The position numbers and the translations under genes were made by a program. Shown piece by piece: positions 1-9,495 of a DNA stretch of 64,000 bases (position 1 is its first letter; every line of letters starts with the position of its first letter). The notes beneath the pieces are model-generated. The model did not search any database. It had not been told where the DNA came from and was given only the letters and a program-made list of their open reading frames with translations. Source of the DNA: Desulfatiglandales bacterium (lineage in GTDB: Bacteria > Desulfobacterota > DSM-4660 > Desulfatiglandales > HGW-15); the NCBI GenBank assembly GCA_963667015.2, contig CAXXJJ010000004.1, positions 192,001 to 256,000 of the forward strand, written 5' to 3'.

Positions 1-1426
1 ACGAACCTGCCTTGAAACATGCAAGAGGTGTAAGATACTGTTTTTCAAGTACAGACATATCTTCATAGTTAAATGCGATTCCTTTTCCCCATGTTTCAAT
101 ATCGTTTCCGACAACAGGCGTTTCCGATGTCCCTTCCGCGTCCAGTAGAGTAAGAACCTTTGTTTCCTTAACTGACAATGGAATGGGTTCCGATTTAGCT
201 ATCCTGTACTCTTTCTTTTCCGTATCAAAATAAGGCAATTCAACCGGAGGTATTTCTTTAACTCCGGAATTTAAAGGTCTTATGGTCTGGGTAAATATTT
301 TGCTCTCACCTTTAATTTCGGCGCTTGCCCTTTCTTCAGGGATCTTGAATCGATCTTTAAACGCCGGCTGGGCATTCAGGGGCGGTAATTCAACATGCTC
401 AAGGTATTCCGGACCTTTAACCGTTACAGTAAGGGTTATGGGGTCTCCCACATTAACCTTGAGAGGGGAGGCAATGGTTTCAACTTTATAGTTTCCTATA
501 TGCCCCTTGAAGTTGGCAGGCCTGCCTTCCTGAGGAAGTTCAAGCGCCTTCAGCGTAAGATTATTTGATGGAGCTACTACTGTTTTATATACTGCCCTGC
601 GTGAAGATCCAAAAAAATCATCATCAAAAAATTTGGAAAATGGGTCATTGGATTTTCTGGAATAGCCGGCCTGGGCACTGCATGTCACTGTTGCCTGTTC
701 AATAGGGATTGTTCCTGATTCAACAGGAAATAATATCTTTTTAAAGGATATGTTAGTGTATATTTTTCCATCAAGCTCTTCCTGCCCCTCTTCTCCTATG
801 ACTTCGGTGCCGCCCAATGGGATACGATAAAGCTTTTTTCCTGAGTTTTTATTTATTTCAGGGTCTGCAAATTCAAAACGCTTATCCTGAAGAACCGGCA
901 GGTTGAAATTAAAATTGCTTACATTCTTTCTAATATACCATGTAACAGTGAGTGTTACTGGTTCTCCCACATAGCAGGTTTCTTTTGATAACCTGAGCCT
1001 AAGCTTAAAATCATCTGATTCAACCGGTTTTCTTGCAATAATTGCAAGGGAATTGGTCCGTGCAGTTTCATTTCCTGATTTTATTGTTATAGAAGGAATT
1101 TCAAAGGTTCCTACCTTTTCCGCTGTAAGCTGGTAACTGAAGATATATCCCTTCCTTTCATTCTTCGTCATCTTCCCGTTAATTATTGTTATGGATGAAC
1201 TGCTGTTCTGGGAACCTCCCAGGAAGTCTACTCTAAAGTCTTTAAGGCCGGACAGATCAGGCTGTTCCGGATTTTCACTTCCTGAAACCTGAATCTGAAA
1301 TGCAAAGGTTTCGCCTGCATATACTTCCATATTCTCTACTACAGCAGTTGCGCTTAGATCAGCTGCATTGGATGGTGTGCATGCAAAAAAAATAATAATT
1401 AGAGATAGGATTATTCTAAAAAACAT
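1..1426 (-). CDS. batD: BatD-family (oxygen tolerance) protein, runs off the window edge
   Basis: Not in the ORF track. ATG at 1426 overlaps the upstream stop (TAATG). Manual translation MFFRIILSLIIIFFACTPSNAADLSATAVVENMEVYAGETFAFQIQVSG...SSSITIING gives a signal peptide and a typical BatD N-terminus; position after batC fits. Confidence 0.8.
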   Translation of the reverse strand, partial: MFFRIILSLIIIFFACTPSNAADLSATAVVENMEVYAGETFAFQIQVSGSENPEQPDLSGLKDFRVDFLGGSQNSSSSITIINGKMTKNERKGYIFSYQLTAEKVGTFEIPSITIKSGNETARTNSLAIIARKPVESDDFKLRLRLSKETCYVGEPVTLTVTWYIRKNVSNFNFNLPVLQDKRFEFADPEINKNSGKKLYRIPLGGTEVIGEEGQEELDGKIYTNISFKKILFPVESGTIPIEQATVTCSAQAGYSRKSNDPFSKFFDDDFFGSSRRAVYKTVVAPSNNLTLKALELPQEGRPANFKGHIGNYKVETIASPLKVNVGDPITLTVTVKGPEYLEHVELPPLNAQPAFKDRFKIPEERASAEIKGESKIFTQTIRPLNSGVKEIPPVELPYFDTEKKEYRIAKSEPIPLSVKETKVLTLLDAEGTSETPVVGNDIETWGKGIAFNYEDMSVLEKQYLTPLACFKAGS

Positions 1427-2583
1427 TACCAGTCCTTTTCTACTTCTTTGAAACCAAATGGTTTAATCAACTGTCGCTGTTTTCTGTTTTCTTTTTCTTC
1501 GTCAAGTATGTCCTGGGCATCCTCGTTTGCCTCCAGCATTTCAGCCTGTTCTTCTTCCTGTGCTTTATTCTGATCTTCCGAAGGCTCCTGTTTTTTCTGT
1601 TGGTCCTGGTCTTTATCCTGACCCTGCTGCCCCTGTTGATTCTCCTGATCGTCCTCTTTCTGCTGGCCGCCCTGTTGTTTTTTCTGATCCTGATCGGGTG
1701 GAGTGAGAGCGTCTTTTAGTTCCTTTACAGCGTTCTCCTGGTTTTTCTCAGCCATGGATTCAACCGAATTTCTCAGGTTGCCTTCAGCCGCCTCCTGTTC
1801 CTTTACTGCATTGTTAAGATGAGTCAGGGCAGGGTTATCTCCTCCCTGATCCTGCTGTGAAGACTGAGTTTTTATTCTATCGGCCAGTTTCTGTGTATCA
1901 TCGGCTATTGCCTTCTGTTCATCTGCAAGCTGATCAAACTTTTTTTTCTTTTCATCAGGCTTTATCCGGCTTTCGGATATCTGCCTGTTTTTTTCAAGGG
2001 CGGCTTCCTGTCTTTTAATGAGTTTTTGCAGATCTTCCGCATTTTCCTTTGCCTGCTGCTCCTGCTGTTTTGCCTCTTCTTCCTTCTTTTTGATCTCGTC
2101 CAGTATATTTTTCATATAAAGACGCACGATCTCTATGTTTTCTGCAGCATATTTAAATTCCGGATTAAGCTTTAATGAATCCTGATAATGAATCACACTT
2201 TTCTGACACTGTTCAAGTGCTTTTTTAAGATCGCTGTCCATCTGCCTTTCAGCTTCACGAAATGCGCAGTTACCAAGATTAAACCTGCTTTTAGATTCCA
2301 TCTCCGGATCTTTGCTCTTTAATGCGGCCTTTTCAAATTCCTCTATAGCGGCATTGTAATCTCCCTTTTTATACAGGGCAGTACCTTTATTAAAATATAT
2401 GTAGGGTGATTCAGGATTTTCTACCGCCGCTTCATCATAATCCTTTATAGCCCCTTCATAGTCGCCTGCAAGCCATGATTTATTACCCCTGTCAATCACT
2501 GAAGCGGCTGAGCCTGCAAAGGCGTTATTGTAAATAAAAAAAGCAGCACATATAACTGTAATTAAAGAAAATCTTTTAAGCAT
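1426..2583 (-). CDS. batC: BatC-like TPR protein with Gln/Glu-rich tail
   Basis: Probable start MLKRFSLITV (ATG 2583); signal peptide, TPR repeats (YFNKGTALYK, FNLGNCAF), Q/E-rich linker, C-terminal EKDW typical of BatC. Confidence 0.75.
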   Translation of the reverse strand: MLKRFSLITVICAAFFIYNNAFAGSAASVIDRGNKSWLAGDYEGAIKDYDEAAVENPESPYIYFNKGTALYKKGDYNAAIEEFEKAALKSKDPEMESKSRFNLGNCAFREAERQMDSDLKKALEQCQKSVIHYQDSLKLNPEFKYAAENIEIVRLYMKNILDEIKKKEEEAKQQEQQAKENAEDLQKLIKRQEAALEKNRQISESRIKPDEKKKKFDQLADEQKAIADDTQKLADRIKTQSSQQDQGGDNPALTHLNNAVKEQEAAEGNLRNSVESMAEKNQENAVKELKDALTPPDQDQKKQQGGQQKEDDQENQQGQQGQDKDQDQQKKQEPSEDQNKAQEEEQAEMLEANEDAQDILDEEKENRKQRQLIKPFGFKEVEKDW

Positions 2584-3604
2584 TTCTGCCCTCTTTTTTT
2601 CTGTCCGATAAAACAAATTCCAGGCAGGCAAGGAAAAAAGCAATGCTAAGAAAAATCTGGAATTTTTCTTCATAACGTTTGATGGTCTCAGATTCCAGTT
2701 CCTTTTTATCTGCCCCGGCTATAAGCTGCCTGTAAACGACTCCGAGATCAATGGCACCTGTAGCAACATTAAAATATTTACCCCCCGGTGTAACATTCAC
2801 CATCTTTCTCAGGGTGTCTGCATCCAGTCTGGTCCAGACCTCTTTGCCATTATACTTGAGAAATGTCTTTTCACCCTTTTCATTGATAATCGGGATTCGT
2901 TTTCCCTCGTTTTCATCTCCAAGACCTATGGCAATCAGTCTCATCCCTTTCTCTCCGGCCTTTTTTGCGGCCTCAACCGGAAAGCTGTCATGGTCCTCTC
3001 CATCTGTTATGAGAACGATATCCTTGTACTCCTTTGCCTGGTCATCAAAGACATTATCAAGAAGCAGCCTGATGGCATCACCCATCATTGTTCCGCCCCT
3101 GGCTATGCTGTCCGTGTCTATTGACTTTAACATCATCTTGAAAAAGCCGTAGTCCTGGGTTAATGGGCATTTGATAGCAGCGGTTCCTGCAAAGGCAACA
3201 AGGGCCACCCTGTCACCAAGGAGCTGATCAACACAGTCGCTGATTGCAAGCTTTGCCCGTTCAAGGCGGTTTGGAACAAGGTCTTCTGCCAGCATGCTTT
3301 TTGAGACATCAAGGAGAAAGACAATATCCCTTCCTTTTCTTTCTATTTTTTCAGGTTTGGGATTCCATGAAGGTCTTGTAAGGGCAAAGATAATAAAGGC
3401 GAGGGAAACTATTATAAGGATTGCCTTGAAATATTTTTTTGATTTATCGGTTGATATATATATACGATCGATAAGACCTGCTTCTATAAAGAGCTCCAGC
3501 GCCTTTTTCTTTTTTGACCATCCATACATGAATATTGCAGACACTGCCGGAAGCACCCATAAAAGATGCAGCATATAGATATTCTGAAGTATAATCCCGT
3601 TCAT
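2576..3604 (-). CDS. batB: VWA domain membrane protein BatB
   Basis: N-terminal TM, MIDAS DVSKSM, ITDGEDH motif, C-terminal TM. Confidence 0.85.
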   Translation of the reverse strand: MNGIILQNIYMLHLLWVLPAVSAIFMYGWSKKKKALELFIEAGLIDRIYISTDKSKKYFKAILIIVSLAFIIFALTRPSWNPKPEKIERKGRDIVFLLDVSKSMLAEDLVPNRLERAKLAISDCVDQLLGDRVALVAFAGTAAIKCPLTQDYGFFKMMLKSIDTDSIARGGTMMGDAIRLLLDNVFDDQAKEYKDIVLITDGEDHDSFPVEAAKKAGEKGMRLIAIGLGDENEGKRIPIINEKGEKTFLKYNGKEVWTRLDADTLRKMVNVTPGGKYFNVATGAIDLGVVYRQLIAGADKKELESETIKRYEEKFQIFLSIAFFLACLEFVLSDRKKEGRNA

Positions 3605-4656
3605 GGTATTCTCCTGAAAACAGTGTTTCTTAATATGACCTCACATATTATCAGCAGAAATCCGGATAAAGCCAGCCATAGAAAGGATTCCCTGTAGTCA
3701 ACAAAGCGTATGGACTCTATTTCGCTTTTTTCCATGGAGTCTATTTCTTTATATATATCTATAAGTGATTCAGTGTTGTCTGCCTCACGGAAAAACCCTC
3801 CTGTCTTTTGGGCAATTTCCCTGAGGGTGGATGTATCCACCCTCTGCCTTGATGGAACCTTGTAGGTCCCAAAGGGTGTCTGGATGGATGTGACTGCCTC
3901 ACCGCCGCCAATGGCAATTGCATATATTTTTATTCCCCATTCCCTTGCAAGTTCTGCAGCTTCAAGGGGGGAGCGTTTTCCGGCATTGTTTTCACCATCC
4001 GAAAGAAGCACTATTACCTTGCTTTTTATTTCATATTTACCTGCGGTATCCTTTTCATCCCTGAGGGTATCTTCCGCCTTTTTTAAACGGGCGGCTGCAA
4101 GGGCCACGGCATCACCGATGGCGGTTCCATCATCCTCCCTTGTAGTAACAAGGTTGACGTTCTTTAAAAAGGCAGGGAGTGCCCCATGGGCAAGGGTAAG
4201 CGGGCATATGGTATCCGGATATCTTGCAAACACTATCATGCCGATCAGGTCATTGGGCCTGCCGTCAAGATCATCGCTTCCTCCCATTACAAAATCTTCA
4301 AATACTTTTTTGACTACCTCCAGGCGGTTGAGATTTTTTCCCCTGTATTCCTGCTCTGCACCCATGCTGCTGGAGCGGTCAACAACCATCTCTATTGCAA
4401 CTCCCCTGCTTACCTCTCTTATCTGTTCCCTGCCTGTCTGGGGGCGGGCAAGGGCAGTAATAAGGAGTATAAGGGCCGCAATGCGGATTATATCCGGTAA
4501 TCTTATAAATTTTTGCCTGAATGATTTTGTTGCCTTTGCAGCATTTCCCACAGAGGAAAATCTTATGCTTCCTCTCCTTGTCCTGAAAAAATTAAAATAT
4601 ATCAGGACGGGCAGTATGAGTAATAAAAGAAATGCCAGCGGTGATTCAAAGTGCAT
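3601..4656 (-). CDS. batA: VWA domain membrane protein BatA
   Basis: MHFESP..L N-terminus, ALARPQ, MIDAS DRSSSM, GTAIGDA, LLSDGENN. Confidence 0.85.
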   Translation of the reverse strand: MHFESPLAFLLLLILPVLIYFNFFRTRRGSIRFSSVGNAAKATKSFRQKFIRLPDIIRIAALILLITALARPQTGREQIREVSRGVAIEMVVDRSSSMGAEQEYRGKNLNRLEVVKKVFEDFVMGGSDDLDGRPNDLIGMIVFARYPDTICPLTLAHGALPAFLKNVNLVTTREDDGTAIGDAVALAAARLKKAEDTLRDEKDTAGKYEIKSKVIVLLSDGENNAGKRSPLEAAELAREWGIKIYAIAIGGGEAVTSIQTPFGTYKVPSRQRVDTSTLREIAQKTGGFFREADNTESLIDIYKEIDSMEKSEIESIRFVDYRESFLWLALSGFLLIICEVILRNTVFRRIP

Positions 4657-4662
4657 GATAAT

Positions 4663-5679
4663 CTAGTCCTGTTCCTCTGTTCCTTTGATAAATGCCTTGC
4701 AGCTGTCAAAGCTCTTTTGAATGTCTTCAGCCCCGGGTTCAAACCTTGCAAATTTTACAAGGTCGCAGTGCCTTAAAAAATCCCTTAAAAGAGGTTTATA
4801 TTCAGATGGAAATTCATCTGCATTTTCAAGTCCTGTCAGAAATTCTTCTGTAGTCTGCTCCGGGGCACGCAGGCCAAACCTGTTTTCAATATACCTTCTT
4901 ACAATGGCCGACAGCCTCAGATAAAACTGCTTGATGTCGCCGCTGTCTATAAGGTTTTCATCTACCAGTTCCCTGAGTTCATTATAGGCAATTTCATGTG
5001 CCTTCAGCCTTGTCTCAATAGTGCCCCTGTTGCTTAATCGACGCCGGTAATAGATGTATCCTCCGGCAAGTATTACTATTAAAAATATCCCAACGCTGCC
5101 GTATATCCAGATCATATATGACCTGGGATAGGGCAGGGGAGGCAGGATATCGTGTAACTTAAGGTCCTTCATATCTTCAGGTAATAATGAAATGACCTTA
5201 ATCGTTATCTCGGGAGTTTCAATAAAATGTTTACCGGTTTCCTTTTCATCCTTTTTGAAAAACAAGATCTTCATGGGTGTTATTGTATAATCACCTGAAA
5301 GAAAAGGCTCCAGTATATAGGTTCGCTTTATCAGCTTTCTGTTGTTACCTTTAAGTTCCGGCTGCGTGTTGTGATAATCCACTATACCGAACTGTTCCAG
5401 TTTGTCTCCGAATGCGGGCAGTTCAACCTCGTAATCCTCTTCTATATCAACGCTGATAGACAGGTTTACCCTCTGGGCTATTGTGATCTCCTTTTTATCC
5501 GCTTCTATGATGACATGGGCAGGACCCCTTTCAACTGATTCCTCTATCTTTTCCGTGTTCTTATTATCTGATATCTGGTCTGCCTTGTCTCTTTTGCATG
5601 AAGAAAAAAACAGAAGCGCCAGAGACAGAGCAAATATCAGGATTGATATTCTGTTTTTATATGATATTGAGATCGTCAT
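4663..5679 (-). CDS. Bat-operon membrane/lipoprotein (BatD-like N-domain, TM, helical C-domain)
   Basis: Probable start MTISISYKN (5679); lipobox-like FFSSC, TM segment, C-terminal RRYIENRFG..APEQTTEEF..DLVKFA typical of genes between DUF58 and batA. Confidence 0.7.
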   Translation of the reverse strand: MTISISYKNRISILIFALSLALLFFSSCKRDKADQISDNKNTEKIEESVERGPAHVIIEADKKEITIAQRVNLSISVDIEEDYEVELPAFGDKLEQFGIVDYHNTQPELKGNNRKLIKRTYILEPFLSGDYTITPMKILFFKKDEKETGKHFIETPEITIKVISLLPEDMKDLKLHDILPPLPYPRSYMIWIYGSVGIFLIVILAGGYIYYRRRLSNRGTIETRLKAHEIAYNELRELVDENLIDSGDIKQFYLRLSAIVRRYIENRFGLRAPEQTTEEFLTGLENADEFPSEYKPLLRDFLRHCDLVKFARFEPGAEDIQKSFDSCKAFIKGTEEQD

Positions 5680-5689
5680 AATAGTCTGT

Positions 5690-6805
5690 TTATTTCTTTT
5701 TACTGGTTTCTGCAGATGATAACGCCGTGTTATGTACCACCACATTATATTTTTTCCTGAGCTGGGAAAGCAGGTTCGTCTGAACGTCTTTTTCTTTCTC
5801 TGACATAAGATCCAGGGTTGCTTTATCCCTGACCTCATCAAATTCAAGCTGGCGCTCAGTATCATCCTTTTCTTTTTTTACGTATTTATTCTTATTTGCC
5901 TCATAATAGTTTTTCACATCGGTTTCCGTTACCTTTATTTCATCTTTATAGGCATTCTCAAGAACCTTTGAGGCAAGAAGGTTTCTTTCCATTTCCTTTA
6001 TGGAATCCTTTACCTGAGGAGTCTCGGCAAGCCTGTCCTCTCGCGCCTTTCTGTACAGCATTTCCTCTATAATATACTGTTCAAGGAACATTCTCCTCCC
6101 GTTTTCTGATGAATACTGTTTGAGGAGGTTTTCCTTTTCGCGGTTGATCCGGTCAGGGGGCAGATATCTTGAAAGACCGCTTATCCTGGATTCGATGAGG
6201 TCCTCTATCTTTTTATCAAGTTCTTCCCGGGTAATTTTATATGAGCCGATCTCTGCAACTATTCTCTGCCCTGATCCCGGAGTTATGCTTTTGTTATTAT
6301 CAGCACCCAGGGTTTCTCCAACCCTGTCTCCCAGCTCATAACGCAGCGCCGCAAACCTGCCGGCTGATTCAAGGCACTCCTGTATTCTCCTGTTTATCTC
6401 ATTCCTGATATCATCAGGTCTTGAAAAGCTTTCGGAACGGTAAAATGCATCAAGGGCATTATCAAAATCCCCTTTCTCCTGATATATCTTTCCTATCCTG
6501 TACCAAATCTTTGCTGTTTCATCACCATTGAGAACTGCAGAAGAGAGGTACTCCTTCCATGCATCTATTGCCTGGCGGCCCAGTTCCTGTTTTTCAAGTT
6601 TCAGGGCCAGATCTTTCAGCTCTTTCTCAGACGGTGTAAGACCTCTCACTGCCCCTGTTATCTCTGACTTTTCCCTTAAGAGCGCTATGGTGTTCAGGGC
6701 TGATAAGATTAAAAGAACAGCCAGAAGAATATATACCGGTTTCATTGACAACCTGCTTATTTTTTTTCCTGTCTCAGGAATATTGAAATCAAGCTCCTTT
6801 GACAT
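5690..6805 (-). CDS. Membrane-anchored TPR + SurA/PrsA-like chaperone domain protein
   Basis: N-terminal TM, TPR (IWYRIGKIYQEKGDFDNALDAF), then IVAEIGSYKITREEL and VTETDVKNYYEANK motifs of SurA/PrsA-like chaperones. Confidence 0.65.
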   Translation of the reverse strand: MSKELDFNIPETGKKISRLSMKPVYILLAVLLILSALNTIALLREKSEITGAVRGLTPSEKELKDLALKLEKQELGRQAIDAWKEYLSSAVLNGDETAKIWYRIGKIYQEKGDFDNALDAFYRSESFSRPDDIRNEINRRIQECLESAGRFAALRYELGDRVGETLGADNNKSITPGSGQRIVAEIGSYKITREELDKKIEDLIESRISGLSRYLPPDRINREKENLLKQYSSENGRRMFLEQYIIEEMLYRKAREDRLAETPQVKDSIKEMERNLLASKVLENAYKDEIKVTETDVKNYYEANKNKYVKKEKDDTERQLEFDEVRDKATLDLMSEKEKDVQTNLLSQLRKKYNVVVHNTALSSAETSKKK

Positions 6806-6813
6806 TCTCGTCT

Positions 6814-7689
6814 TTACCTCCTTCTCTCCCTGTTCCTGAAAAATTTTACAAGATCAAAGACATAGTCTTCACCTGTCCTGATATCTATATGATCGATGTC
6901 CATGGACCTGAAAAGCCTTTTTAATCCGTCCAGCCTTGCTCCCCCAAGCTGTTCATATTTTTTTCTAAAGGAAGCGCTTCCAGTATCAATAATAACCATC
7001 TCACCTGTTTCCGCATCTTCAAGCTGGATAAGCCCCACATCTGGCATGCTGACTTCCCGGGGGTCTGTAATTGATACTGCGATCAGGTCATGTCGTTTTC
7101 CAAGTATTCGTAGCTGTTTTTCAAAACCTTCACTCTGAAAATCCGAAACCAGGAATACGACACTCTTTTTATGCAGTACACGTCCAAGGTAATCCATTCC
7201 CGCGACAAGATCCGTCTTTCCCTTTTCAGGCTTAAAATTAAGAAGTTCCCTGATAAGCCTCAGCACATGGGTTGTTCCCTTTTCAGGGGGAATGAACATT
7301 TCAACCTGGTCGGTAAAGACTATCAGGCCGACTTTGTCATTGTTCTTGATTGCAGAAAAAGCAAGCAAAGCGCACATCTCGGCAGCCGCCTCGTTTTTTA
7401 TCTGCCTTGTGCTTCCGAATGCACCTGATGCTGACAGATCCACAAGGAACATTACTGTAAGCTCCCTTTCCTCCTTAAAGAGTTTTACATAGGGATCTCC
7501 TGTTCGGGCGGTCACATTCCAGTCTATGGTGCGGATATCGTCTCCTATCTGATATTCTCGCACCTCCTGGAACTCCATGCCTCTTCCCTTGAAAAGGCTT
7601 TCATATTCACCAGCCAGGCTGTCGTTTACAGCCTTGCTTGTGTATATCTGGATATACCTTATCTTTTTTGCCAGTTCACCGGGTATCAT
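6814..7689 (-). CDS. DUF58 domain protein
   Basis: GMEFQEVREYQIGDDIRTIDWNVTAR signature; follows moxR. Confidence 0.92.
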   Translation of the reverse strand: MIPGELAKKIRYIQIYTSKAVNDSLAGEYESLFKGRGMEFQEVREYQIGDDIRTIDWNVTARTGDPYVKLFKEERELTVMFLVDLSASGAFGSTRQIKNEAAAEMCALLAFSAIKNNDKVGLIVFTDQVEMFIPPEKGTTHVLRLIRELLNFKPEKGKTDLVAGMDYLGRVLHKKSVVFLVSDFQSEGFEKQLRILGKRHDLIAVSITDPREVSMPDVGLIQLEDAETGEMVIIDTGSASFRKKYEQLGGARLDGLKRLFRSMDIDHIDIRTGEDYVFDLVKFFRNRERRR

Positions 7690-8675
7690 GGAACATCAAC
7701 TGTCTGTAAAATATGGTTGATAATATCTTCGGATTTCTTTTCCTCTGCCTCTGCCTCATATGTGAGTACAACCCTGTGACGAAGCACCTTCATTGCAACT
7801 GTCTTGACATCCTGCGGCGTTACATAGCCGCGTCCCTCCAGAAAGGCATTTGCCCTGGCGGCCATGGCAAGAAATATTGAGGCCCTTGGTGATGCCCCGT
7901 AACGGATATAATCGCTGATATCAAGACGGTATGCTTCGGGATTTCTGGTGGCTTCAATAATATCAATAATATATTCCTCGATTTTTTCATCCATGTATAT
8001 ATCATCTGCAAGAAGCCTGAGTCTTTTTACATCTTCCGGTGTTATTACAGGGTTTACCTCGATAGACGGAGATGTCCTGGCCATCCTTTTCAGTATCGTA
8101 TGTTCTTCGGATTTATTGGGATATGAGACCACCAGCTTTAACATGAACCTGTCAACCTGGGCCTCCGGAAGAGGGTATGTTCCTTCCTGTTCTATGGGAT
8201 TCTGGGTTGCCATTACCATAAAGGGATCGGGAAGCGGATAGCTTGTATCTCCAATTGTTACCTGTCTCTCCTGCATTGCCTCAAGAAGGGCGCTCTGTAC
8301 TTTTGCAGGTGCCCTGTTGATTTCATCAGCAAGTATGATATTCGCAAATATGGGCCCTTTTTTAGTGGTAAATTCACCGGTTTTCGGGTTATAGATAAGT
8401 GTTCCTATTACATCTGCGGGCAGCAGGTCCGGGGTAAACTGAAGTCTTCTAAAGGAAGCCTGGAGCATTTTTGACAGGGTTGTAATCGAAAGGGTCTTTG
8501 CCAGGCCCGGCACGCCTTCAATAAGGACGTGATTATTGCACAGCAGCGCCAGAATAAGACCGTCAATCAATTCATCCTGGCCTACAATAATCTTATGCAT
8601 TTCCGTTCTTATCTGCTGAATTAAAGGGCTCTCCTTTTCAACCCGTTCTCCAATCTGCTTGACATCAACTGCCAT
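7686..8675 (-). CDS. moxR: MoxR-family AAA+ ATPase
   Basis: Walker A GVPGLAKT, FTPDLLPAD, ADEINRAPAKVQSALLEAM, ATQNPIEQEGTYPLPEAQ. Confidence 0.95.
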   Translation of the reverse strand: MAVDVKQIGERVEKESPLIQQIRTEMHKIIVGQDELIDGLILALLCNNHVLIEGVPGLAKTLSITTLSKMLQASFRRLQFTPDLLPADVIGTLIYNPKTGEFTTKKGPIFANIILADEINRAPAKVQSALLEAMQERQVTIGDTSYPLPDPFMVMATQNPIEQEGTYPLPEAQVDRFMLKLVVSYPNKSEEHTILKRMARTSPSIEVNPVITPEDVKRLRLLADDIYMDEKIEEYIIDIIEATRNPEAYRLDISDYIRYGASPRASIFLAMAARANAFLEGRGYVTPQDVKTVAMKVLRHRVVLTYEAEAEEKKSEDIINHILQTVDVP

Positions 8676-8973
8676 GTTCTCCTCCTCTTAAGTCCTCAAG
8701 GTATATAAAGAAATCTTTTTAATTATGCGGGGTTTTCCCGGATAAATGTCACTGATACAATTGACTTTACACCGGATATTAGACAAATAAACAGGATATT
8801 TGTTCCGAAATCTTTAAAATTTTTTCATGACTTTAAGGTTCATGTTTTGTTCTGTCAAGATGTTTTGGATAACTACTCCAAAGTCTGATTGCAGGATTTA
8901 AATCATTTTCTTTTTTTTGACGGCAAAAACTGCTATATAAACAGAAAATTTATTTTTAAGGGGATTGTTCCAG

Positions 8974-9309
8974 ATGAATATTGAAGGCGATCTTGTCCTG
9001 ATCTACTACAAGGATGAGCCGGGAGTATATGCAAGGATTGAACGAATTGAGGCAGATGTAAAAAAGGACTGGTATCGGGTAACGCTCCAGATGCTGACCA
9101 TCCCGCACCAGGTAATAACATGGATACTGAGGGAAGAATATATCAACGGTCAAATCTTTACCATGGGTGGCAACAGCATGCGTCTGGAAAAATTAGAGCG
9201 GCTTACATTTGAGGATGATACATATGAAGAAGAGCCGGAAGAATCAACAGAAGGTCAAAAAGGAGAGAAAAAAACCGCAAAAATAGTCCCCTTTAAAAGA
9301 AAAGACTGA
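8974..9309 (+). CDS. Hypothetical protein with acidic C-terminus
   Basis: Protein-like ORF; ATG 8974 after AAGGGG. Confidence 0.7.
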   Translation: MNIEGDLVLIYYKDEPGVYARIERIEADVKKDWYRVTLQMLTIPHQVITWILREEYINGQIFTMGGNSMRLEKLERLTFEDDTYEEEPEESTEGQKGEKKTAKIVPFKRKD

Positions 9310-9322
9310 AAAGAATATTAAA

Positions 9323-9490
9323 ATGAAAAATATATATCTTTTAATCGTTCGGATTATAATGTCACTTGTGATTGCATCATTGATAAGCCTGATCTTTTTT
9401 AATGGCATTCATCCTTTTAAAACACCTGCACTGGCTGCCGGATTACTGTTTTTCGCCTATATATTTGCACAGTCCAGAAATAAAGAATAA
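9323..9490 (+). CDS. Small (55 aa) two-TM membrane protein
   Basis: Manual translation MKNIYLLIVRIIMSLVIASLISLIFFNGIHPFKTPALAAGLLFFAYIFAQSRNKE; below the ORF-track cutoff and fills the gap exactly. Confidence 0.6.
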   Translation: MKNIYLLIVRIIMSLVIASLISLIFFNGIHPFKTPALAAGLLFFAYIFAQSRNKE

Positions 9491-9495
9491 ATACT

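Noticed and set aside
1480..2100. Gln/Glu-rich low-complexity repeats
   Set aside because: Normal linker of BatC-like proteins.
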